Positions 1-12,562 of a DNA stretch of 64,000 nucleotides are shown here, piece after piece. The stretch comes from Octopus sinensis. Its lineage: Eukaryota. The translations under genes were made by a program, and so were the position numbers. Each line of letters opens with the position of its first letter. Within the stretch, counting starts at the first letter, position 1. Location of the stretch: positions 158,100,001 through 158,164,000 of the forward strand of contig NC_042997.1 in NCBI RefSeq assembly GCF_006345805.1, in the 5' to 3' direction. The notes beneath the pieces are model-generated. The model worked only from the letters and a program-made list of their open reading frames with translations, did no database searches and was not told the origin of the DNA.

Positions 1-519
1 ACTCCCACATTCGGTTTTCTACATTCCTCTTTGCTTTATACTTGTTTCTGGAGAGATTACGTCTTTTCTTTGGTGGCATATTTTTTTCAATATTGTAAAC
101 GAAAAATTATGAACATAGAAAAAATTATACAGTAATTGAAATATAATAGAAATAAGATAATCTTAATGCTAACACATTAGAATTAAGGATGTAAGAATGA
201 AAATGAAATAATATTATAGCCATATCACATTAGAATTTTAAGTGAAAGAATAAAAGTGAAACTTTCATATCACATTACGATACAGATATTATTCTTTCAA
301 TTTTGACACGTAAAACCGAATCAGTGCCAATGTTAAATTGTTCTCATGAAAAACATATGTTGATACTCACGGGGTCTGATACTATTACCTTGTTAAATTT
401 TATTTGATTTGGTCGAGCCATTTGAGAATGAATAGGGAACAGACAGACAAACAAAGAATTTTATATATATAGATATTTATGATAATGAATACGATGATAA
501 TGATCATGATTATAATAAC

Positions 520-720
520 ATTGGTTTGGAATTTTAATACAAGGTCGGCAATTTTAGAAGAAGGGTAATCGATTACCGTGACACTGTCGCTCAGCTTCTT
601 TCGACCCTGAAAGGTTTAAAGTAAAAGATAACCTTAACGGAATTTAAACCAGGAATATACAGAACGCAAAATCAATCTGCTAAGTTCTTTGTCCGATATA
701 CTAAAGTTTTTTCAGCTTAC
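520..720 (-). mobile_element. Degenerate SINE relic related to family B (see 38569-39194)
   Basis: Diverged match to the recurring core gtcgattac...cgaccc.gaaagg.tgaaaggcaaagtcgacctcggcggaatttgaactcag found many times in this window. Confidence 0.5.
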
Positions 721-1049
721 AAAATGTAAGGTATTCACTAACTACGATTAAATAGAAATTAAGTACAAATAAATCCTTACACACACAAAAAGTGAAAAAT
801 GACGTAAAGAACTGAAGTTTAAGTATTAGCAATACACCGAGGTACTCTGAAACGTCTAGATGTTTCCCTCATATAATTATCATTGCTGTTCTATGTTCAT
901 ATTGAATGTTATATATAAACATTACTAAAATAGTGTAATTTACTCTGCATGTAGCAAATTCACGAAGCGCGCAACAAATTCAGTTTGGTGCATAAAAAAG
1001 TGCGATAAATAATACTTCTAAAAGCTGACATCATAGGCAACATGGAAAT

Positions 1050-1400
1050 ATTTAAGAATAGGAATTTCTAAAGATTGAAGCCGGAAACATGATAATAATC
1101 AAAAGATGGAAATAACTAAGGAATCAAAATCGATAGATCTCCTTGAAAAGCAAAGAAAGTACCACCCAAGGATAACACTCAACAATGAAAAAGCAACAAT
1201 AATAACAGATGCAAAGCCTGCAATCTCTGACCTCGTGAAAACAGACACAATCACCAATGTTACTACATTAAACGGTATACATGCAGACATAATATTTATA
1301 AACATGTCTTGTTACAGATCGTTAAACATCCAAGCAAACAGTATGAAAGTCAAGCATAAAAGGAATGATAGCAAAATAAAATAAAATTCTCACTCCTTAA
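1050..1400 (+). mobile_element. Relic of the pre-RT ORF region of an R4/Dong-type non-LTR retrotransposon
   Basis: ORF 1106-1384 (HPRITLNNEKATIITDAKPAISDLVKTDTITNVTTLNGIHA) resembles, from memory, the pre-RT 'LPKL..N....AN..L.....ITE.N.LIYA' segment of R4-like ORFs. Same orientation as the RT relic at 2270-3200. Confidence 0.4.
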
Positions 1401-2134
1401 TAAAATCAATAACAAAAACATAAAACTGAAACAATGGAGATACAAATACTGCAGAAATAAAGAAGCCCGAAAAAATACGATTAGCCTAAAGTATATCTAA
1501 TTTGTTTTCACAGATATTCACTACACTAATTGATATGCAGTACATTATAGCTGCAATCTGGAACCAAATGAAACAGTTTTAACGTGAGAAATATTTTCTT
1601 ATACAATTATATTTGAGAAAAATTGTCATCAAAACCTATAACGACAAAAAGAAATGAATATTTTCAACATGCTATCTACTTCCCTTTGGATCTAATTGTA
1701 TTTCTGGTTTCAAATAAAAATGACTGCGCATATTCAATATGCACATATCACTCACTCACTCACTCACTCAAAAGAAACTCTACATTAAATTATTTTCGGT
1801 ACCACATTGGAGACAAGTATAAGGTTTTTAACTTTAATTCACAGTTTTCACTGCTACGCAATAAACGGATTATATGCGTTTCTACTTACGAATACAGTTA
1901 CTATAAAGTGTCTCTGTGAGGAACAAATTCTTACTATCACAGAAATACCAATAGATGAATTACATCGACGATTGTAGATGAAAAAAAAGACCTCTAAAGT
2001 TATAGAGCGCGTGATATAAGAGATCCTGCAAACAGAAAAGTATCAGTCGGTAAGAAAACGTACAAAAACTGAAGAAAACAAATAGTTTTATTAGTGCAAC
2101 TTAAAAAGAATTTATTAAGATATCGGAAATAATC

Positions 2135-2270
2135 CATTCTATTATAGGCACAAGGTCTGAATTTTGGCGGGGAGGGTACTAATCGATTACATCGACCCCC
2201 AGTGTTTTATTGGTACTTAGTTTATCGATTCGGAAAGGATGAAAGGCAAAGTCAACCTCGGAGGAAGATA
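2135..2270 (-). mobile_element. SINE fragment related to family B
   Basis: Contains atcgattacatcgaccccagtg...tggtacttagtttatcg...gaaaggatgaaaggcaaagtcaacctcgg. Confidence 0.7.
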
Positions 2271-3200
2271 ACGGAAATAATACCACAGAGGTAATGCAGT
2301 GCCAACAACAAGAGATAAAAGATTTCGTTCAAAGATTATGCGAAGGAGTCACAACATGTTAGGTTGCGTTAAAGAATAAATATAACATCTGAGCAATCGT
2401 AGCATGAGATATCGCCACAAGAATTGACTCAGTCGAGACAACTGTAATTCACCAGGAAATGATAAGATTCTAAATATCTGTTCAAAAGATTTAACAGATA
2501 CCTAAAAGGCACTAACAAAGACAAGATATTGGTGCTGATATCTTATGCCGAAGCAATAAGGTACTGAGCCAGCCTTACTACAACTTACGCAGCGTTACCT
2601 GTCAAAATATTGCAGAGGATAAGATAACGCAAGGGAAAAAAGAACCTTCTTCAAGAAGGAGTACTGCAAAGTTTATATAGTTCTAAAGATCTATTACTGA
2701 ATAACAAAGCTGTATGACTTAGGTTTGTAAAAAAGGGGAAAAATGTCTTAACATAGATGGACTGACTACTGGAATGCGTTTGACAAGGTTTTCCATACAT
2801 GGATCCAGGAAATATTAGCCCTGCACAAGATAATATTAAACACGTGATGGGGAAACGGCAAACAATTCATCAAAGAAGCGGGGAAATGGTAAAAGAATTT
2901 GACTTCACCTTTATTAAAAGAGGAATGTACCAAGAGTTTTGTGTCTCCACTTTTCATACGACGGATGTTAGCACGTGAAATCTAAATCTTAAATAAGAGC
3001 AGGCATTCATACAAATGCTGACAATCAACCGCCTTTTATATATGGACACCTTCGAGTATTAGGCTGTAAAAGATAATCTATGAAAAACTGATCTTGCACG
3101 GATTTACAACAGAAAATCAGATTAGAATAATTGAACAATGAGTTGAATAAGCATTCTAAGCTATTCTATGTTTAAAAGAATCCCGCAAGAATTAAGTCCC
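2270..3200 (+). mobile_element. Degraded reverse transcriptase of an R4/Dong/NeSL-group (REL-type) LINE
   Basis: Interrupted RT motifs in the expected order: SPGNDKI (~2448), DYWNAFDKVFHTWIQEIL (2764-2820; cf. DYKKAYDSVPHSWI), KRGMYQ (~2914; cf. RGIFQGD), INRLLYMD (~3024; cf. INHLLYMDD). Many stops and frameshifts. Confidence 0.7.
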
Positions 3201-3799
3201 CTAATGCAATATTCATTATCAGAGGCCATTTTGGATAAAACAATAGCAATATCCTAGTAGTGTTTCATTGTTAATACATATTAATACTACATAGTTTTCT
3301 TTAAGTTCCAGAGAAAAATGCAAAAGTTATGTCTGTATGTGTGTGTAAAAGGCAGTTAAGCACACAAGCAAAGGCATGAGCTTCATAATAAACATGGAAA
3401 ACATCTCTAAACAGAAGAAATAGCGAAACTCATGCGAAGAATAGCCACTAAAAATAAAGAAAACAATTAAAAATACAAAGAATATGTTTCCATAAACTTA
3501 TGAAAGAAATGCAAAAGAATAGACCATTTGTAAATCACATTAGATTCAGCAAAAGAACAAAAATAACACACCAGAAACAAACACACATATAACAACTGAG
3601 CTTTCAAATCCCACCAAAAATATCACAACAGAGCGTACATCACCCAGAGATAACAAGGCATCGCAGCAAAACTAAAGTAGAAACAGCATAAAAGAAAAAT
3701 AACTAAAACAGTGACTAAACAAATACGGAGCCACAACAAAGGTTTACTCTTGACCCTACACTTAACCATAAACATAATAAAAATATAAATCATGGAAAA

Positions 3800-4800
3800 T
3801 TATTCATTGATTAGTCATCAATAAGCAAATTCTATCAGAAATGCAGGATTCACCATAACAAAAATCAATAAATGTTTCAACGAAACGCCTCCCCCAGTTC
3901 AAATATATATATCCAAGAAATAATAGCTTAATACAACAAGGTTCCCCTAAGAAAGTTTTTCTACAAAAGCAAAGCCGTGCATCAATAGGATAAATGACTT
4001 AATTTATTCAGTAACCATGGCAATGTTGAAAGAAATCGATTTAGTAAGGCTCTCTTCACTCATGCCTAATATAAACAGCAGAAAACAAATATTTTATACA
4101 AATTACATTAATAAGTGAAATAGGAGGGTTAAGAACAAAAATGAAAAAAAACCAAAAAACAATAAGACAAAACAAAGCAAAAAATATAAAGATATGACAT
4201 TGAGAAACATTAAAATACATCCCGGATGTAAAAGAAAGACTTAAGGCAATGCATCTCAGTCGCTATGCCGACTTTGACGCTTTGATAAATTCGAGCGCTT
4301 CCATCAAAAGGATAAGTTATTTGAAATAAACACAAAGATTCTGCAGGGACAACAATAAAAGGGAAGCGTATCAATGGGTAACAAATCAACGTCAACAATA
4401 ATCTAAACATGCTACGAAAAATTATTGAATTAAAACATACAACGGAATAAAGAAATATATTGTGAATGAATTAGAAAGTAAATGGAAGCGTAAAATAAAA
4501 TATTATAAGTACCAGGACGAAAAAAATATGACTACACCAATGCAAAAAGACTACTGGAGAGCCACTGGAATTGAAAAATTTCAAACATTTGGTGGATATA
4601 TTCAACCAGCTTACATGAAGCTGAAACAATGGCATTCAAAAGACCAGGCGCAGAGTTTGACTTGTCATTAAAGGAGAAAATATTACCCAAAACGATGACA
4701 TCAACAAATTTACAGATCAATAGCATAACTTTACAAATCATTGCTGATTTTATTCTGAATGTTAAATGTTCACCTGGAGCATATAAGTTTACCAGTGAAT
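3800..4800 (+). mobile_element. Second, heavily deleted R4/Dong-type LINE relic
   Basis: Peptide remnants INDLIYSVTMAM (~3990), FHQKDKLFEIN (~4300) and HEAETMAF..DQ (~4615) resemble pre-RT and post-RT segments of R4-like ORFs. Confidence 0.35.
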
Positions 4801-5337
4801 CGGAAAATGTTTTTTAAAAAATGGTACAGGTTTGTTGTTGATTATCGTTTATTTAGTGTATTCCTGTTGTATATAATGCAACAGTTAATCTGATTTACTA
4901 TCAGAATAATAGGATATGCACACCACTGCCCTGCTTAACATCAACAACTGGCCCATGCGTGCTATTAGTAGATGTCGACCTGTTACAAACATACGAAGCC
5001 CTCAGCAAGCAGTTACCAAGAGCCTACGACATACTGGTACTGTCAACACCTCCCTAGATAAAACAAAATCTAAATCTATATCCACACGTCACTTCTCCCA
5101 TTCTTTTATGAAATATTTGCAGTTTTTTAACCCTCCTACATCTCACATATTTCTCCTTAGTACTTCTCAAACTACACACCCTATTCCTCTTGAAAGCACA
5201 TCTACCAACCCACTTTATACAGTTTTAGCGGGTGATGGAGTTAAATTTAAATATGTGAAAAAACCCTGTCACCTTTATACAGTTTTTCTACTTAAAATTA
5301 GTGCCTGCACATACATAGCCGCCTCTTCCCCTATCAG

Positions 5338-7923
5338 TCGCTTCTCTTACCGGGATATCATCAACAAAATCTTCCGCTCAATCTGGCGCTAAGTCTTGCT
5401 ACACCATACATCTTAATACAACTGTTACCTCTCTGCTCTCCCAACTCCTCCAACCAATATACAACCATATCTCTTTTAATCAGTAGACATATCTCACTTC
5501 CACTCTCCCCCAAATCATTGTCTGCTGTGACTTCTATGTTCTTGTTGGTTTTCTTACACGTGACATACAGATAGCTCACGTTCAGTAATTGAATCTTTTG
5601 TAATCCTAATGTCTCTGTCAACTTAGTTTCCGCACTTATTGTAAGATGTAACTTACAGAATATTGAATGCAAGTTAAACGAGACCCATTGAGCAGAAATA
5701 ATAGTAGTAGTGATCACGTTCGACATGCACACAACTTTTTCTACGCCCACGAATACTTCGCTGCCACGTAGAGTCTTCTCTGCAATCAATCTTGTAATTC
5801 TAACCGAGGCTCCTGCGCTTCTGGACTGGCGATCCCTGATGACGATGTCCTCAGTTGATGAACTATGGTCGTCCCTCAAAGCATACGTACTCTGGTTGAC
5901 TGACCAAGCAGTTCCCGTTGGGCTTCCCAAGAAGAAGAAACACAAGCCCTGGGTGACGAAGAAGGTTAAACGAGAACTTCGACTCAGAGATATTGCTTGG
6001 GCTGAATTAAAAGAAATCTAGATTCGACTGCAGCTTTTGAGGAGTACAAAACTCAACGAGACCGAACCGTGAAAATTGAACAGGAAGAACGCTTCAGATA
6101 TAAATACAGAATCGCGGCAAACGCCAGTAGCTATCCAAAACCTTCTTTGCCCATGTCCAACGGAATTCCTGCTTGAACAACCAAATTGCAACGTTGGTAG
6201 ACTCAACAGGCGTATCGATTGAGGACCCGAGTCAGTTATTTGCCGGGGCTTTTTCAACAATTTTCAAACATGATGATGGCCGCGAACCCTCTCCATTTGA
6301 TAGATCGGTACCTCCAATGCCTAGATTGTTCATCACTCGGTACGAAGTCGAACGCATTATTCAAGGCCTCGATGTCAACAAGGGCCACGGCCCTGACGGC
6401 ATACACCCACAGGTTATCAAAGCGTTGGCTCCGGTCATCTGGGAACCTTTAACACTTCTATTCAATATGTCATTGGCGACGAGTATTATACCTGCGGACT
6501 GGAGAACAGCGATAATCTGCCCGATTTTCAAGAAAGAGAGCCGCGAAGACCCGCTTAACTACCGACCGGTTTCCCTTACTTCAATAATCAGCAAGATGTT
6601 CGAAACGATCCTTAAGAAAAATATGTTGCTCCACCTCCAAAACACAGCCTCTATCTCTGATTCTCAACACGGCTTGGTGCCGAAGAGATCATGCTTGACC
6701 AACTTACTGGTAATGGAAGAATTGGTGACGCGTATCCTGGATGATGGTGATTCTGTTGACATCGTTTTATTGGACTTTGCCAAAGCTTTTGACTCGGTTA
6801 ACCACCGCCTATTTCTTGTCAAGCTTCAAGCATATAGTTTCCATCCGGATATTGTACGATGGGTTGGTGCCTTCCTCTCAGATCTCTCCTTCAAAGTCCA
6901 AGTTAATGGTTCGCTGTCCGACGTCTCCAGTGTGAGCAGTGGCGTGCCTCAAGGTTCAGTGCTTGGGCCCTTATTGTTTTTAGTCTTCATAAATGACTTA
7001 CCCGACGACCTCACGCAACACACCCTTCTATTTGCCGATGATGTCAAACTGGTCGCTCCTCGCGGTGATATAGATGATCTTCGTCGATGCCTCCACCAAG
7101 TTTGGAGATGGTCTAACGAATGGGACCTGTGTCTGAACGTGTCAAAGTGCTATCATCTGCCTGTTGGCTCCTCTCCCACAACTCAACTTGATTTCGAGTC
7201 GGGTCGTCTGCTGCTGGAGAGGACCGATCAGGTAAAGGACCTGGGTATCTTGGTGGATTCTTCCTTTTCGCCTTCGGCCCAGTGCGTCCATGCTGCCAAC
7301 AAAGCACGCGGAGTTCTGTTTTTGATTCGACGGTCATTCGGAATGTTCACAGCAGCCATATTCCTACCGCTCTATGTCACGCTGGTGAGACCCATATTGG
7401 AGTACGGGATTCAAGCCTCTTCTCCTTATCTCCTCAAAGACATACATCATCTCGAAAGAGTCCAGAAGCTGGCTACCCGCATGGTTCTTGATCTCAAGCA
7501 TTTGTCTTATGAAGAAAGGCTGAAGACGCTCGACCTTTATTTTCTAGAAAAACGACGACGCCGTGGTGATCTCATTCTCTCTCACAACATCATAAGCGAA
7601 AAGTGTAACCTCTCGAAAAAGCTGTTCTTCACTCCTGCTCCAGAGCGTCGGCTGCGGGGTCACCCCGAAAAGCTCTATCTGCGACGATTTCACCTCAATC
7701 GAAGGAGAGGGGCTTTCTCCGTCCGGGTTGCGGATCCGTGGAATAAGCTGCAGGACGAGATAGTGAAGATGCCGACGACCACTCGGTTCAAAGTCTCTCT
7801 TGACCAGAAATGGCCTGAACTCTTTGCATGAACATGTACATAACTTGTACATAACTCCATGTCCCCCTACATGGCCTTGCATTTTGCTTTTTGAGCCAAA
7901 AAATTAACTTAACTCAACTTAAC
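5338..7923 (+). mobile_element. CR1-group (Jockey superclade) LINE, 5'-truncated, with a frameshifted AP-endonuclease relic, an open RT frame and a (TTAAC)n tail
   Basis: EN remnants (IIVCCDF like GDFN; SDH ~5712), linker W..L.....VP.....K.PW (5830-5960), RT ORF 6173-7831, and a short 3' UTR ending in ttaacttaactcaacttaac (7906-7923). Visibly more GC-balanced than the flanks. Confidence 0.92.
6173..7831 (+). CDS. LINE ORF2 reverse transcriptase domain and C-terminus (552-aa open frame; no authentic start codon, frameshifted from the EN part)
   Basis: Motifs GPDGIHP, NYRPVSLTS, QHG..PKRSCLTNLL, DFAKAFDSV.H, GVPQGSVLGPLLFLVFINDLP, FADD, LERVQKLATRMV, RRRRGDLI, FSVRVADPWNKL are typical of CR1-group ORF2. 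The track start codon is TTG. Confidence 0.9.
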   Translation: MNNQIATLVDSTGVSIEDPSQLFAGAFSTIFKHDDGREPSPFDRSVPPMPRLFITRYEVERIIQGLDVNKGHGPDGIHPQVIKALAPVIWEPLTLLFNMSLATSIIPADWRTAIICPIFKKESREDPLNYRPVSLTSIISKMFETILKKNMLLHLQNTASISDSQHGLVPKRSCLTNLLVMEELVTRILDDGDSVDIVLLDFAKAFDSVNHRLFLVKLQAYSFHPDIVRWVGAFLSDLSFKVQVNGSLSDVSSVSSGVPQGSVLGPLLFLVFINDLPDDLTQHTLLFADDVKLVAPRGDIDDLRRCLHQVWRWSNEWDLCLNVSKCYHLPVGSSPTTQLDFESGRLLLERTDQVKDLGILVDSSFSPSAQCVHAANKARGVLFLIRRSFGMFTAAIFLPLYVTLVRPILEYGIQASSPYLLKDIHHLERVQKLATRMVLDLKHLSYEERLKTLDLYFLEKRRRRGDLILSHNIISEKCNLSKKLFFTPAPERRLRGHPEKLYLRRFHLNRRRGAFSVRVADPWNKLQDEIVKMPTTTRFKVSLDQKWPELFA

Positions 7924-8425
7924 GTTTTCTTTGTCGTTTCTAAGTCATTTACAAACTTTAAAATGCTTGATATTGAATATCCAAATAACAGTCTTCATTC
8001 ATTTTCATAATACAAAAATCCTATCCAATTGTTATCGATTGTTTTTCAGTAATCACTAAAAAGCACATTATTTTAAAACTTAAAAAGAAAAACAAAATAA
8101 AAAAACCAGAAACAGTTAATCGCTAAAAATCCCTTACCTAGTCATAAATATATGACTAATGTTAATGCAAGCAACTGAAATTTCAAACTAATAAAAAAAA
8201 AACGTCACGTTGGACTATTGGTATGAGGTTTACCAAAGTTCATCAGAAGAGTCCACATGTATATCCTGACTGTTACTCTAACGTCTACATTGCAACAAAA
8301 ATGGTTAAGTCGAATGAAGAGAAAGTTCTGGAACTAATACGTGCTTATGTGCTTTTTGAAGATCTAATGCCGAGAAACTTGAGAAATTTGCTCTGCACAT
8401 TGTGAAGAAATGGGAAGCAAACCTG

Positions 8426-8427
8426 TA

Positions 8428-8502
<75 letters not shown>

Positions 8503-8570
8503 GCTGTTGCTGCTGCTGCTGCTGCTGCAACTACTACTGCTGCAGCTGCAACTACTACTACTACTACTAC
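8426..8570. repeat. Compound (ACT)n/(GCT)n microsatellite
   Basis: Directly visible. Confidence 0.97.
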
Positions 8571-9169
8571 ATTTGGTGTGATTGTTGATGTCATTACTAA
8601 TTTTTGCTGATACTGCTGCTGATGACGATTTAGTAAAAATGATATCGCTTCAGCGATTCCAGACATATTTGGATCAACGTAACACGAGGCAAAATTTCAA
8701 AACATTCCGAGGTAAACAGAAAAAGAATAATCCTAAATCCCACAACACCTTTATAACTGCACATACATGAAAATTGCTTTTTTTCACGTATTTAAATTTA
8801 ACTCCATCATCCGCTAAATAGCAAAAACAAAGTGCGACAAAATCAGTAAAAAACTTAGAAAAGGGAGATATCATGCGATTAGCATAGTATCTACGTTCCA
8901 TTTACTCATTTCAAACATTCTCAAAACCATGAGGATGCAACCCGTGTGTAACTGAAACAAAAGATGCTAAATTATACAAACTTTTTGACAAAAATTCTAG
9001 CTACACTGGGTACCACAATATTAGTGATATTAGTGTTTTCTTTTTAATTTATCAATTTTTTTTCCAGTGTACGAGAATTCTGTCGCGGATGTGTGGTTAA
9101 GAAGCTCGTTTATCAATACGTCAGAACATATAGATCAAATAAGGTGGCGAGCTAGAAAAAACAGTAGAA

Positions 9170-9790
9170 CCTTTGCTTTCTTTCCGTAGCTCCGCTTACT
9201 TGGTGCCAGTCACCCCCAGCTTTCTCTCCACAAACTTCCATCTTCTTCTGAATCTCTCACGTGACAGGTACCTCCTTTCCAGCCTGATCTTACTGCTAAA
9301 GTGGTAACTAAAAAAGTTAACTAACCCCTGGCCAGATATAAAGGTACCCGTTACAATCCCTTTCAACTGCGTCTTTCATACTCTTTCTTTTTATATGGCC
9401 ACCCGCTAAGGAAGGGAGGCGACACAATCTCCGTGATCTCCTATCGATGACAACAATTGTTCTGTAAAAACTATCAGTCCCGATAATTTCAGACATTCCA
9501 CGAATGCGTGCAAGACGGTTTCCCTATCCTGCTCGCACCTTGAACATATCGATGAGACGGCCCTTCCGTGCCTTGACAGTTTATTACGAACTGGTAACGC
9601 CGCTCAGAAGCACTGCCAGACCAGGGGTTTCTGGAAATTATCCAGATACGCTGGCCCGAACGTTCTTCTGAACGGGTTGATCAACTGACTTTCACCTTAT
9701 CCCGCTATAAAAATCCGCAGTCGAACTCTTGTTGCTGACATTGCCCATCCGAGAGAGTAGCTGAAGTGCTTTACGGCACTCCAGTTGCTA
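9170..9790 (-). mobile_element. 3' relic of an L1/Tx1-type LINE ORF2 (C-terminal CCHC zinc-binding region)
   Basis: Minus strand reads AALPVRNKLSRHGRAVSSICSRCEQDRETVLHAFVEC (9500-9603) and KIRLERRYLSRERFRRRWKFV (9230-9300), characteristic of Tx1-like ORF2 ends. Confidence 0.8.
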
Positions 9791-10008
9791 GTCCCCCAGT
9801 CTAGGTCTCTGCTTGATCCATGTGGTAAGCAAGCTACTTACCACATAGCCACTCCTACGCATATAGGCTTATGTCTGCTTTTAAAAATGTGCACGCGCAC
9901 TGCTTATGTTTCTTTGAGATATTAAAAATTTATTATATCTATATTTTGTGATCAGTGAATTTACTTCACTGAAGTTATATATGTTTACAAAGTCTAGATA
10001 GGTATCTT

Positions 10009-10084
10009 CAGCTAGCAGGCCATGCTACTCCAGACTGATGACGAGCAAGATTCAGAAACATGTCTCTGGATGCAGGCTTAGCTG
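10009..10084 (+). ncRNA. Type-I minimal hammerhead ribozyme motif (stem II imperfect)
   Basis: tccaga-CTGATGA-cgagcaagattca-GAAA-cat-GTC-tctgga. 6-bp stem I, extendable imperfectly to cagcta/tagctg; palindromic ACATGT stem III; GUC site at 10062-10064; C-A mismatch closing stem II. Confidence 0.65.
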
Positions 10085-10464
10085 GATGGGGGTGCTTGTC
10101 TCCCCTTTGTAAACAGGACACAGGAAATGTGTCAAGGCCGACGGGAAGCGTTGATGCTTCCTAGGGCTAAATAGAGGTGGTGTGGTTCCCTTTATGGGAC
10201 TGTCACGTTAAGTTGACAGTATATAACTGTTCTTTGACGTAAGAGCTATAAATTTATTTGTTTTGGTAATAAACATAAAATTCGGTCAGTTTATTTTTTA
10301 AATTTGCGCAATTTCATTGAAACACCCTGTATGGTGTAGCGTTGTTAGTTGTTGCGTTGCTCGAGTAAATAATAATATCAAAGGTCTTCTCACCGTAAAC
10401 GCTCCATCTTTTCGTTAAGTATATTGTATCAAGGACTATATTATCCAAAATGTATCTCTCCTTT

Positions 10465-10560
10465 ATAGGCGTGTCTGTGTGGTTGAGAAGTCTGCTTTCC
10501 AACCATGTCGCCTTGGGTTCAGTCCCACTGTGCGGGATGTTGGGTAATTCTTTATCATTA
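10465..10560 (+). mobile_element. 5' fragment of tRNA-derived SINE family A
   Basis: ggcgtgtctgtgtggttgagaag...gggttcagtcccactg matches the head of the copy at 18081. Other head fragments lie at ~9080-9120 and ~9815-9860 (minus). Confidence 0.7.
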
Positions 10561-10745
10561 GAGTTCTGTGCCTGCCAAAGCCTTTGCCATTATTGTATTA
10601 ACATATAAAATAACACATACAACACACTTATTATTATCATATACAAACAGAAGTTCGAGTATGAAGTTGATCTTTTTTTTCTTCAATTATTACCTATTTT
10701 TTCTTATAAAATACACACATACAGGAGGAGTAATTCTCTCTCTAT

Positions 10746-10800
<55 letters not shown>

Positions 10801-11492
10801 ATATAACACTTTGAATGAGGTTCCCGAGAAAGAGTAAAAGTATTTACCCGATCAACGACAGGTATTATTGCTTTGTATATATATATACATAGAGCCAGTC
10901 ACGCACACACATTTAAAGGTGGATTTATAAACACAATCGTGTATACTCACGTACGCATGCGCTGATGGATACTAATATAAATATAAATACAAATGGTTTG
11001 GAAATTTCGATAAAATGTTTGATAAGCAAAAACACGGATCTTCCATATTCAGTACTGACGTCATCAAAGATATGGCCAACAACTAGCTAGGAAAATCTGA
11101 TTGTCGATTTCTCGTCAGCAAAAACATTAGCATACTGAAATATATTTGCCGACGTCAGAAGCGTACAAACCAATGAGTATTGTCCATTTTTGATATAAAT
11201 ATAACCTAAAATGCCCAGGCGAATCATACGCTCCCCACCACGCGCACATGCTTACACACGCACACACACACACACACACACACATGCACACAAAAAACAA
11301 AAAAAAAACGAAAAGCAGCAATGCATAACCTCAATAACAAGCTTAATTTAACACTGTTTGATCAAATATGAAGAACTGTTACGCACTTTAGTTTAGTCCA
11401 GATAAAAAAAAAAACACTTTAGCAACACTTTCCATATTTCTCTACTTTTGAAAAATCTTGAAAATTAATTTAGTTAAATTGCCTTTTCAACT

Positions 11493-11566
<74 letters not shown>

Positions 11567-11638
11567 GTACACAAATATATATTTATATAATTTACATACA
11601 TGCATTTATAATTGTGTGAAGATAAATATATGTGAATA

Positions 11639-11875
11639 CAGGGTGGCACAAAAAGGTAGGTTTACAGTTATCACGTAGGCACTTTAAATTTCTTTTAAAA
11701 CATTTATAACATTTAAATTTCTATCTTACAAACTAAAAAGGGAACTTGAGAAAATTACCTACATTAGCATTGTATAATGGTTTCATATTATTTTTATAAT
11801 CAAGATGTAAATTGTTAATATATGAATGCGAAGGAGATAGTTGAATAACTGTAAACCTATTTCTGGGCCCCCCTG
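11639..11875. mobile_element. Tc1/mariner-type MITE (237 bp)
   Basis: Imperfect TIRs CAGGGTGGCACAAAAAGGTAGGTTTACAGTT and AACTGTAAACCTATTTCTGGGCCCCCCTG, flanked by TA on both sides (11637-11638, 11876-11877). No ORF. Confidence 0.8.
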
Positions 11876-11904
11876 TATGTATACATTGTGAAGATGCAAT
11901 GCCC

Positions 11905-12175
11905 TGTGCATAGGGTGTTTCCCTAGTGAGATCCTCGTTTCACTATTACACTGGGTAGTGCGTTGTATTCTTGAGCAAGACACTTAATCTCACATTAGTC
12001 TGCGATCATTTTGACCTCTGACGTGTGGTACACCATGCACCAGTTCAGGCAACGTTGCTTTGATGGATGGTTTGAGCTAATGTACAGCACATACATTTGA
12101 TCGCTATAAACAAATCATTTGTGCAAGTTGTTCGGCAAAATGCTGATTACTCATACGCCATCTTCGTTGGGAGAG
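11905..12175 (+). mobile_element. Degenerate SINE-like interspersed repeat
   Basis: Contains cttgagcaagacactt, similar to the SINE-A segment ccttgggcaagtgtctt, and ends at a microsatellite. Confidence 0.4.
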
Positions 12176-12346
12176 TCTACCATATATACACATATATATA
12201 TACACATATATATGTATGTATACACATATATACGTATGTATATACATATATATGTATGTATATACATATATATATGTATGTATATGCATATATATATTTG
12301 TATATACATACCTACCTACCTACATACTTACATACAAACATACATA

Positions 12347-12449
<103 letters not shown>

Positions 12450-12562
12450 TATATAATTAATAATATCAGAGTAATAAAGATTTTAGAAATTTTTACTACT
12501 AGTGGCCTAGCGTATAGAAAAATTAGTCAATAGACTATATATTATATATATATTTTTCATAT

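Noticed and set aside
1099-1500. Hydrophobic, membrane-protein-like frame on the minus strand
   Set aside because: It is the T-rich antisense of an A-rich LINE relic, it contains stops, and the plus frame better fits an R4-like ORF.
5361-5945. 194-aa minus-strand ORF
   Set aside because: Antisense to the CR1 endonuclease/linker; no independent motif.
8605-8660. CTGATGA followed by a cgat/atcg stem
   Set aside because: No GAAA or cleavage triplet follows, so not a hammerhead.
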